64,000 nt of DNA from an uncultured Candidatus Saccharibacteria bacterium (GTDB taxonomy: Bacteria; Patescibacteriota; Minisyncoccia; Phycocordibacterales; UBA9973): NCBI GenBank assembly GCA_964527235.1, contig CAZGNC010000003.1:47809-111808 (forward strand), given 5' to 3'. The notes under the pieces were generated by a model. That model was not told the DNA's origin. It was given only the letters and a program-made list of their open reading frames with translations, and did no database searches. The translations under genes were made by a program, and so were the position numbers. Positions 21,801-28,624 of this stretch are shown here, piece by piece. Positions within the stretch are counted from its first letter, which is position 1; every line of letters starts with the position of its first letter.

Positions 21801-23328
21801 ATCTGATAGGTGCATTTAATGTACTTATTGTAGTAATAACAGCATTACCGTATAAATCTATCGTACCTGTTGAAGCAATTGAGGAAATAGTTGCATTAGC
21901 AGTAAATGTGCCATTAACCACGATAGTGTCCCCAGCAGCTATGGTAAGCGTACTTGCTGTCGCATCAAAAGTAAAGTTATAAAAATCTTCGCTAGTAACA
22001 ACGTCCAAGGTGCAATCAGAACTAATAGAAGTAGTACCAGTGCCTTCGTTAAAAGTACCACCAGATTTAGTAAAGTTTCCAGATACACTAAAGTTCCCAG
22101 TCGGTGCATTAAATGTTCCGTCAGTTAAAGTAAACTTCGATGCAGAAAGTGTCGACGTAGAAACATTCACAATCTGAGAAGCATTATTAATTCTTAGCTC
22201 GGGCATACGTCCACTCGTGTGACTTATGCTCTGTGTCGCAGCTTGATCGAACAACACAACAGCAGTTCCACCACTTCCGTTGGTCACGACGACATTTCCT
22301 CTTGGGTTAATAGTACCAGTACTAACAGACATACTAGTACCATTAAATGTTAGGGTGCCATTCACAACCAAAGTATCTCCACTGGCAACGATAACATTAC
22401 TTGCGTTTGCTTCGAAAGATAGATTATAGAAATCTTCACTAGTTACAACGTCAACTGTAGAGTCGGAAGTTATTGTAACTGTGCCTGTGCCCTCATTAAA
22501 TGTGCCTCCAGATTTAGTGAAATTTCCAGACACATTAAAAACTCCCGTCGGCGCGTTGAATGTTCCAGTGGTTAAAGTAAATTTCGAGGCAGAAAGAGTG
22601 GAAGTCGAAACGTTCACCACTTGCGAAGCGTTGTTGATTCGCAATTCGGGCATTCTTCCACCGGTGTGGCTGATACTCTGAGTCGCAGCCTGATCGAAGA
22701 GAACTATCGCAGTTCCACCACTTCCGTTGGTTACGACAACGTTTCCTTTAGGGTTAATGGTGCCTGTACTTACCGACATACTCGTACCATTAAACGTTAG
22801 AGTACCATTTGCTACTATCGTGTCCCCGCTAGCTACAGTTACGTTACTAGCAGAAGCCTCGAAAGATATGTTATAGAAATCCTCACTCGTCGCCACGTCG
22901 ATGGTGCCATCTGTATAGAATCTAAGAGTTCCAGTACCCTCAGTGAAAGTACCTCCTGATTTTGTAAAATTTCTAACTGATAAAGTATTAGAACCTTGAG
23001 CAAATGTCCCAGCTGCTTGAGTATATGCTGTAGTCACAGTAAGGCTTCTATCTTGTGTAATAGTACCTGTATAACCACTATTTATATTTAAGTTTGTAAC
23101 TGACCCAGCAAATCCAGCATCAATAGTTGCATCTTTGGTGCTAAGACCTTCGAATGTCGCGATATCAGAAGATGTTGGACATATGTCAGGCCCATCCCAG
23201 TTCGCACAAGTGCTCCAGTTGTTATCTCCACCGCCACCATCCCAAGTTCTTGTGGCAGCAAAGGCTTCTATAGAATAGAAAAGTTGAGTAAAAAATATTA
23301 GAGCTAAAATAAAGAGAAATTTCTTCAT
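18895..23328 (-). CDS. 1477-aa surface protein: beta-helix-like repeats, Ig-like domains, Pro linker, TM segments and carboxypeptidase-regulatory-like domains
   Basis: Signal peptide, TWDGGG.DNNWS..ANW, Thr/Gly/Ser-rich repeats, and TD..GRY...PPGEY twice. Confidence 0.8.
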   Translation of the reverse strand: MKKFLFILALIFFTQLFYSIEAFAATRTWDGGGGDNNWSTCANWDGPDICPTSSDIATFEGLSTKDATIDAGFAGSVTNLNINSGYTGTITQDRSLTVTTAYTQAAGTFAQGSNTLSVRNFTKSGGTFTEGTGTLRFYTDGTIDVATSEDFYNISFEASASNVTVASGDTIVANGTLTFNGTSMSVSTGTINPKGNVVVTNGSGGTAIVLFDQAATQSISHTGGRMPELRINNASQVVNVSTSTLSASKFTLTTGTFNAPTGVFNVSGNFTKSGGTFNEGTGTVTITSDSTVDVVTSEDFYNLSFEANASNVIVASGDTLVVNGTLTFNGTSMSVSTGTINPRGNVVVTNGSGGTAVVLFDQAATQSISHTSGRMPELRINNASQIVNVSTSTLSASKFTLTDGTFNAPTGNFSVSGNFTKSGGTFNEGTGTTSISSDCTLDVVTSEDFYNFTFDATASTLTIAAGDTIVVNGTFTANATISSIASTGTIDLYGNAVITTISTLNAPIRFLGSASTQTFSSASATVFNGDMTINKSSGEVQLLSTFTLDAANQDLVLTQGTLNLNGNSVTVNGSSGVFTVGASGTLKLRGNETITANATYPSLASGSTVLYTGDGDAGADSYTLKNYAYHHLTINSTDGATDTFSLPATLDINGNLTITAGTLDATATPYNMTVGGNWSNSGTFTPRTGTVTLDGTSQSILGSTTFRNLTKSVSSADTLTFANNGTQTITGTMTLNGQSGSLLSLVSNSPTNQWELDPQGTRTISYLSVTDSNNINVTTIPVSGLNITNGGNNTGWGFNSNPDAPSSLGGAGYVDGSTTGDTTPTLTFSLSDSDGSDTVKYKIEIDDSSNFGSLVVDYTSALAAQGAFSFTVGQAAGSGSYSTGTAGQTLSGGSYYWRVRTEDNSGATSSYSTANGGAVAFVIDTTAPTITNVSSDKADGSYTVGEVIDIDVTFSEAVTSVGVVTVTLETGATDRTCTFTVTSSTTGTCNYTAQTGDISSDLEVLSISGTINDEYGNAMSDFTPATNLAANKAVVIYYTPAPSGGGSSGSRSTRTLRALTELLSMPVDSPAPLNSRLTNPDKNKSKKEDKKPTPPVVDTPPTSPEDSTENSPSVVEDPVVPLTTPEDEVITLQVSLEESIRSVLSTGAKALRKASGLVLNVAREAGEEVMIIVPVVGMATAGGLVALETFTYPALFSVLSFKRSWLDTISIFGTRKRRRNWGTVYDSETKQPLDPVLVVLKDLSGKEIASTVTDIDGRYGFVAPPGEYVLEVRKENFSFPSKKISPTGKDIIYDNLYFGNSFTVTPDKAFVSMDIPMDQENFDQNQYYKVTKKGMYFFSKHEIFWVHITGFLFYAGLVFSLANVYINPSSLNVTIMALQFALLGLRSVAKTSKYGVVKFKADGAPLAFALVRLFHSNVNLEIRRTVTDQYGRYCCLVPPGEYHMVVERRNPDGTYTKILSTGKFTSRRGFIAKQLVV
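21860..22975 (-). repeat. 447-bp (149-aa) tandem repeat, about 2.5 copies
   Basis: NFTKSGGTF codons at 22958, 22511 and 22064. Confidence 0.85.
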
Positions 23329-23446
23329 TAAGCTTTTTATTACCTTGTAAGGTCACTCCCGTCATGAGACCCACCGTATAATTTCATTATTATATTATAT
23401 AAAAATATAGACAGAAATCCAAAATTGCCACTAAGAAAGCACCCTC

Positions 23447-24409
23447 TTATTTCCAAGGGAATTCCCTACCGAAATGCCCCCAGGTGCAGGTGTCAGCGTA
23501 CTTAACTTCTTTGAGTTTGAGATATTCTCTGATACCTCGTGGGCTCAAGTCATAACCCACAATTTCCTCTTCGACGCCATCGACTACAACCACTGCCATG
23601 ACTGGTAGAGACTTACCTATAGCATAAGCAAGCTTCACAAATACTTCCCTCGGCTGTAGGCCTACGGACGAAGCCTTAGCTCCACGTGATTCTAAAATTT
23701 CAACCGCAATACGGCGCGCCATGTACGCACCAGAGCGATCTACCTTGGTATAATCTTTACCCGAGAAAGAGCCTCCGCCGATAGGCACCTCAGGCCCATA
23801 ATTATCTATCACGAGCTTCCTACCTGAGAGCCCGGTGTCCGCATCGAACCCTCCCTGGTTCCATTCTCCAGCAGGATTGATTAAATAATCTCTCGCAGGA
23901 ATTATGCTCTGCACGAGTTTGAGCAATTCTTCACTCTTTGTATTTTGGAAACTAGCAACAACGGTCGTGACTTCTCCATCCTCTACTGTGACCTGAGTCT
24001 TGCCGTCATACGGATACACTTCATAAATCTTCTGACATAAATTTCTCGCAAGCACATACTCGAGCGGTAGATGCTCTGGTGTCTCGCGCGTTGCATAGCC
24101 CTTCATAATGCCTTGATCCCCGGCACCACCTGCGTCTACACCTTTCGCAATCTCAGGACTCTGTAGAGCAATATTTGAAATAACTTTATACTCAGAACCA
24201 ACTATGTCTTTAACAATTTTTTCTATATCTATTTTTGCACTTGTTGTCACCTCACCGTTGATAGTAATCAAATTGTGCCCACCCATGACTTCTATCGCTA
24301 CTCGACTATCTACGTCTTGCGCGAGGTACGCATCCAAGATACTATCCGCGATAAAATCGCAGATTTTATCTGGATGCTTAGGGCTAACAAATTCTGCTGT
24401 CTTAATCAT
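23447..24409 (-). CDS. metK: S-adenosylmethionine synthetase (compact)
   Basis: HPDKICD, GAGDQG, DTGLSGRKL, GGGSFSGKD.TKVDRSGAY. Confidence 0.95.
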   Translation of the reverse strand: MIKTAEFVSPKHPDKICDFIADSILDAYLAQDVDSRVAIEVMGGHNLITINGEVTTSAKIDIEKIVKDIVGSEYKVISNIALQSPEIAKGVDAGGAGDQGIMKGYATRETPEHLPLEYVLARNLCQKIYEVYPYDGKTQVTVEDGEVTTVVASFQNTKSEELLKLVQSIIPARDYLINPAGEWNQGGFDADTGLSGRKLVIDNYGPEVPIGGGSFSGKDYTKVDRSGAYMARRIAVEILESRGAKASSVGLQPREVFVKLAYAIGKSLPVMAVVVVDGVEEEIVGYDLSPRGIREYLKLKEVKYADTCTWGHFGREFPWK

Positions 24410-24425
24410 AAATTAGAAATTTTAT

Positions 24426-24917
24426 TTACGCCTTCGGTGGCATATCTACTCCTGCCCAGAGATTACTAGTGCCGATAGATTCATTGCCGTTTGATTTAAT
24501 ATACAAGAAAAGTTGCATCTTGTAAGCCACAAGATTTTTAAGCACGCCGAGCAACTGCATCGCAAGTGGTGCGGTGCTTCCCCATATAGTAGACTCACGT
24601 GTCATATCTTCTTCTGCAAGTTCGCCAACTTTGTCTTTCAAGAAATCTGCCTGCTCATCCATCTTCGCTGAGAAATTTTCGAATGTTACTGTTTCTACAT
24701 TCTTTGCAAGTTCTATATATAAATTTTGATCTCCTGCGATGTATGCACTGACACTAGTGTGCACCACATGACCTAAGTATTGCATGAGCTCTAGAGTTGA
24801 ACGCTGTTTAGGTGTTGGGCGATATTCCAGCATACCTGGAGTTACTTTCTCTGCTAAGTGTTTGATAATATCTATCTCCTTGAGCGCACTCTTTATGTAT
24901 TGTTCTTTGGTAATCAT
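24426..24917 (-). CDS. DinB/YfiT-like protein
   Basis: YRPTPKQRST.EL..YL and YKMQLFLYIK. Confidence 0.6.
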   Translation of the reverse strand: MITKEQYIKSALKEIDIIKHLAEKVTPGMLEYRPTPKQRSTLELMQYLGHVVHTSVSAYIAGDQNLYIELAKNVETVTFENFSAKMDEQADFLKDKVGELAEEDMTRESTIWGSTAPLAMQLLGVLKNLVAYKMQLFLYIKSNGNESIGTSNLWAGVDMPPKA

Positions 24918-25005
24918 AGAAATGATTATACTATGTATCTAACTAAAACAGAAAACCGCCCCAAAATGCAATATTGGACAGAAAACCATAACCCCTGACC
25001 CCCTA

Positions 25006-25033
25006 TTGACATTATTTGTGAATTGTGTAGAAT
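25006..25033 (+). promoter_or_regulatory. Promoter of GC-rich cassette A
   Basis: TTGACA-16-TAGAAT. Confidence 0.65.
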
Positions 25034-25106
25034 ACCAAAACTGCTCAAGGGGCCGGACGAGCGTCCGGAAGCCCGAAAGGCACAGCTCTTTCAGGAGGAT
25101 ACCAAC

Positions 25107-25304
25107 GTGAGCCAGCGCACCGAACCGCACAACCCGGCACAGGACCCGAACGTTTCCTCGCTTATCGCTCCGACCACTCCGACGACCTCCAGCGTGACCG
25201 GCGACAACTCGAGCGGCGACAACAACGGCGGCGGGCGCGACGACGCCGAGCGCGCGGCCGACCAGAGCGATCCGGCGACGAGCCCGGACAACGTCGGCGG
25301 CTGA
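25107..25304 (+). CDS. 65-aa acidic disordered peptide ending in GG (SD-led cassette A)
   Basis: AGGAGGA at 25093-99, GTG start; MSQRTEPHNPAQDPNV...DPATSPDNVGG*. Confidence 0.65.
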   Translation: MSQRTEPHNPAQDPNVSSLIAPTTPTTSSVTGDNSSGDNNGGGRDDAERAADQSDPATSPDNVGG

Positions 25305-25358
25305 CCTCTCCCGAGGCGCCGAAGCAACATCGGGACGGAATACAACCCGTCCCACAAG

Positions 25359-25399
25359 AAGGGGCATCGCAAACATCGCGGTGCCCCTTTCCACGTTTA
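25359..25399 (+). terminator. Terminator of cassette A (copy 1 of repeat)
   Basis: GGGGCATCGC-aaacatc-GCGGTGCCCC-TTTCCACGTTT. Confidence 0.7.
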
Positions 25400-25428
25400 G
25401 ACCCAATCCTATTAACACAACTCTACCA

Positions 25429-25456
25429 TTGACATTCTGTCTTGGTAGTGTAGAAT
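25429..25456 (+). promoter_or_regulatory. Promoter of GC-rich cassette B
   Basis: TTGACA-16-TAGAAT, same layout as cassette A. Confidence 0.65.
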
Positions 25457-25528
25457 ATACATTGAAAGTCCTGATTCCGACATCGATGATCGGAAGTCCG
25501 GGGCACCGTACAACCAAGGAGGCTCCTG

Positions 25529-25681
25529 ATGGCCTACATCCGCAGCACCGACCCAAGGCCCGTCGTTGATAAAGACGACAACAAGAAGGCCGGCCTCGGA
25601 GACAGAGACATCGTCACAGTCGACACCGCGCCAGCACACGACCCGGCAGCTAACGTCAACCTGGCGGCTGGCGGGTACTGA
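25529..25681 (+). CDS. 50-aa peptide ending in GGY (SD-led cassette B; not in ORF track)
   Basis: AAGGAGG 6 nt before ATG; MAYIRSTDPRPVVDKDDNKKAGLGDRDIVTVDTAPAHDPAANVNLAAGGY*. Confidence 0.65.
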   Translation: MAYIRSTDPRPVVDKDDNKKAGLGDRDIVTVDTAPAHDPAANVNLAAGGY

Positions 25682-25698
25682 AGTTCGCATCCCACAGG

Positions 25699-25736
25699 GG
25701 GGCACCGCAACATCGCGGTGCCCCTTTCCACGTTTT
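25699..25736 (+). terminator. Terminator of cassette B (copy 2 of repeat)
   Basis: GGGGCACCGC-aacatc-GCGGTGCCCC-TTTCCACGTTTT. Confidence 0.7.
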
Positions 25737-25754
25737 ATACCAACTTTTTAAATT

Positions 25755-26267
25755 TTATTTTACGCAGGTCTCTGGAGTATATGTATACAGTGTAGGCTCA
25801 CCGACATAATCCGGCACGAGGATGTTCTCACCATTTATTTTCTTATCTTCTAGAACCCATCTTTTTTTAACTAAATTTTTATCTGCGAAAGTATAGACTT
25901 CTAACTCTTTACCTTGAGAGCCTTCGACTGTGTACGAGTAAGTGAGTTCCATTTCATTATCTATTGTATTACCAGAAAGTTTCCCCTCGAAGCCATTGCT
26001 CATATCCGGACCTACCTGAGTCCCCTTCTTAGTACCCGTAACTTGCGTACCATTGAAATCAAGCACCACGTGCTCCTCTGAGCTGTACGGTGCAACCTCT
26101 GTTGCTTGCTGTATGCGCACGAAACAATACTGCCCTGAGGTCGGGATACTAGAAGAAAGTTCTGGCACAACTTGCACCACTTCTGCTGATTTATTTTTAG
26201 TACTAAGATATACCACAGCCCCTACTCCTAGAACCAACACGATAAAAATTATTATTTTTGTTTTCAT
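25755..26267 (-). CDS. Membrane-anchored hypothetical protein, paralog of 18110-18874
   Basis: Shared CF...VTG...G...G...Y..EG pattern. Confidence 0.65.
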   Translation of the reverse strand: MKTKIIIFIVLVLGVGAVVYLSTKNKSAEVVQVVPELSSSIPTSGQYCFVRIQQATEVAPYSSEEHVVLDFNGTQVTGTKKGTQVGPDMSNGFEGKLSGNTIDNEMELTYSYTVEGSQGKELEVYTFADKNLVKKRWVLEDKKINGENILVPDYVGEPTLYTYTPETCVK

Positions 26268-26645
26268 TTATTTTTCAACTTTAAAAATATTTGGATAAGC
26301 TCCTAAGAATTTATCGAGTGCAGGAATGTCGCCAACAATACGCAAGACTTCAGCGAATATCGGCTGATCATCAACTAAAGTTGCATGCTTGAGGCCCGGA
26401 TTAAAATGTAAACGCAATACATCATACAGCGCGACGCGAATATCATTGCCTGATTTTAGTTCTATCCCAGCAATATTCATCATGCCTTGCGCTTGCCTTA
26501 AACTATATGGGTCTACTTTATCCAATCCTTGAGCTTTTGTCATTGCTTGTGTAAATTCATCCTCAGTTAGGACACCGCCGAGACTTTGATACTTTTCAAA
26601 GCCATTTTCTTCTATTTTGAGACTTGGTACTTGTTCTAAATGCAT
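26268..26645 (-). CDS. Hypothetical protein
   Basis: ORF; TACAAT 6 nt before the ATG at 26645. Confidence 0.6.
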   Translation of the reverse strand: MHLEQVPSLKIEENGFEKYQSLGGVLTEDEFTQAMTKAQGLDKVDPYSLRQAQGMMNIAGIELKSGNDIRVALYDVLRLHFNPGLKHATLVDDQPIFAEVLRIVGDIPALDKFLGAYPNIFKVEK

Positions 26646-26683
26646 CAATACATTGTACTGCAATATGGTAAGGATAGATAGGC

Positions 26684-26732
26684 AAAAGAAAAGCCCCGCC
26701 GAGAAAAGCGCGGGAGCTTTTCTCGGCGGGGC
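26684..26732 (-). terminator. Long GC-rich terminator of the minus-strand cassette
   Basis: GCCCCGCCGAGAAAAGC...GCTTTTCTCGGCGGGGC followed by U-tract. Confidence 0.8.
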
Positions 26733-26750
26733 GATATCGCCCTACCATTG

Positions 26751-26885
26751 TTACTCATTGAAATCCTGATCCTCATCCTTGGGGAAAAGGATCATCTTCA
26801 TGGCAGCGGGGACACCCATCTTGTACCCCCACACCGCCAGAAATACAACACCAACAAGGACCAACACCCAAGAGAGCGTACTCAC
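26751..26885 (-). CDS. 44-aa single-TM peptide (SD-led cassette; not in ORF track)
   Basis: GGAGGTG 5 nt before GTG; MSTLSWVLVLVGVVFLAVWGYKMGVPAAMKMILFPKDEDQDFNE*. Confidence 0.7.
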   Translation of the reverse strand: MSTLSWVLVLVGVVFLAVWGYKMGVPAAMKMILFPKDEDQDFNE

Positions 26886-26941
26886 GAGACCACCTCCAGT
26901 TGAGTGAGACTATAATATTTCTACTACAAAAAACACCAAAG

Positions 26942-27166
26942 TCAATCCTCAATGACTATGAGTTTCGATGGGCTATGATGCCCGTTCACTATGCGCACTT
27001 TATTTCTAGGAATTTCTAAACGCTCGGCGAGGATCTCGAGCACTCGAATATTTGCCATATTCCGCTCGGCTTCTTCTCGCACAGAAATTTCAAAGTGGTC
27101 ATCACTTTTCTGCAAGAAAATTTCTTTCTTCACCCCCGCGGTGACTTTGACGTGGATGTATCTCAC
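26942..27166 (-). CDS. DUF167/YggU family protein
   Basis: VKV...K.....V.E.AE...AN...L...IV.G..S..K. Confidence 0.85.
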   Translation of the reverse strand: MRYIHVKVTAGVKKEIFLQKSDDHFEISVREEAERNMANIRVLEILAERLEIPRNKVRIVNGHHSPSKLIVIED

Positions 27167-27651
27167 TTTAAGTAACTATCGAAATAAATAGCGTGGCAGG
27201 TGTATCCGCCAGGGTTTTTAACCAAGTAATCCTGATGATATTCTTCTGCGGGGTAAAAGGCTTTAAATGGCTCAAGCGTGGTAACGACAGGGTTATCCCA
27301 GCGCTGAGAGTCATTTACAATTTTTATAAATTCTTCGGCTTCTTTCTTCTCTTCGTCGTTACCGTAGAAAATAGCTGAACGATAAGAAGTCCCAACGTCG
27401 TTGCCTTGCTGGTTTAGGGTTGTCGGATTATGAATTTGAAAAAAGAAATCCAGCAACTTCTTGTAAGTTGTCTGCTCGGGGTCATACTCTATCTCTACCG
27501 CCTCGGCATGACCTGGATGATTTTCATATGTAGGATTGTCATTCTGCCCGCCAGTGTACCCCACTTGGGTCTTCACAACTCCAGGCTGTGAGCGTATCAG
27601 GTCCTGCAATCCCCAGAAGCACCCACCCGCAAAGTAAGCTTTCTTATGCAT
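27163..27651 (-). CDS. msrA: Peptide-methionine (S)-S-oxide reductase
   Basis: [19 protein letters not shown] and AEEYHQDY. Confidence 0.97.
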   Translation of the reverse strand: MHKKAYFAGGCFWGLQDLIRSQPGVVKTQVGYTGGQNDNPTYENHPGHAEAVEIEYDPEQTTYKKLLDFFFQIHNPTTLNQQGNDVGTSYRSAIFYGNDEEKKEAEEFIKIVNDSQRWDNPVVTTLEPFKAFYPAEEYHQDYLVKNPGGYTCHAIYFDSYLK

Positions 27652-27705
27652 TGAATTATTATAACAAGGGTTCTAGATTAGTACCATTAGCAAGGACAGT
27701 CCTTG

Positions 27706-28620
27706 CTAGATAAGATCCGCAAACTTTATCGCTTTATTCTGACTCCAATCCATAATTTTGACATACCTTCCGTTATGTTTATTCGGTCTATTATATTTAC
27801 AACCTTCACACTCATATTTTTCAACAACTTCAGGTTTTTCTTCAAACAGTGTCGACAGGCCTTTGATGATTTTAGTTTCATGATGGCAACTCATAGGTAT
27901 AACATACTTTAAACCATCCATTTGGAAGATATTCCAGCTTATAATCTCTGCAAATTCTTGTTGTATCTTAAATGTTGGTATTCGCTTAAACTTAGCCTTG
28001 TAATAATCAATAAGTGTGTAAAGTAAATTCTCGCGCGCAAGCAACACGTTATCACCCTGCCATTCATATCCATAACTTGCCCTGAAAGATTCTTTTGCCC
28101 AAAAAATCCATTCTTTTTTAGAATTACAATACTTTGAAATGATACGTAATTTTTTATCCAAAAAACCAACACGATTGTTTAATTTAATTAATTTACCAGT
28201 ATGTGCCATCGGATTGTAACGACTGACAATAAAAGGTGCTTCTCCGCAAGTTATTTCTAATTTTAATTCACGTACATAATCTTGCCAATTATTTTTATTT
28301 GGCAACTTATCTATTGCTTTATTAATTTGATCAACAATTTTTATTGGTGTAAAAACTTCTGCCCTGTCTTTTGTACGATGACGTTGCTCTTCTAAACTTT
28401 TTGCAGCGCGTGGCTGAATAAGCAAATTATATTTGCTTGTGACTAATTTAGATGTAATATTTTTATCACACAAAAATTCTTTTCCAAACTTTTCATAAGA
28501 ATCTGTCGCCCAAATAATATTCTTTTTCGTCGTATGATCTAGAAGTAAGATACCAAGCAAATCACCATTTCGATGTAATGTATTTTCGAATATATCAATA
28601 TTTTTCCTCGAGGTATTCAT
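27706..28620 (-). CDS. R-M associated methyltransferase-like partner subunit
   Basis: AEVFTP, LEITCGEAPF, YGYEWQGDN and NIFQMDGL; coupled to the large R-M gene. Confidence 0.7.
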   Translation of the reverse strand: MNTSRKNIDIFENTLHRNGDLLGILLLDHTTKKNIIWATDSYEKFGKEFLCDKNITSKLVTSKYNLLIQPRAAKSLEEQRHRTKDRAEVFTPIKIVDQINKAIDKLPNKNNWQDYVRELKLEITCGEAPFIVSRYNPMAHTGKLIKLNNRVGFLDKKLRIISKYCNSKKEWIFWAKESFRASYGYEWQGDNVLLARENLLYTLIDYYKAKFKRIPTFKIQQEFAEIISWNIFQMDGLKYVIPMSCHHETKIIKGLSTLFEEKPEVVEKYECEGCKYNRPNKHNGRYVKIMDWSQNKAIKFADLI

Positions 28621-28624
28621 GTTT

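Noticed and set aside
23329-23446. GC patch upstream of the giant protein as a riboswitch
   Set aside because: No recognisable consensus or convincing fold
25041-25100. Known riboswitch or ribozyme in the cassette A leader
   Set aside because: Hairpins and a GAAA loop are present, but I recognise no c-di-GMP, glutamine or hammerhead consensus; needs an Rfam search
24939-25751. Overlapping long ORFs (24939-25556 minus, 25381-25569, 25566-25751 and others)
   Set aside because: Shadow frames of GC-rich DNA; promoter, SD and terminator support 25107-25304 and 25529-25681 instead
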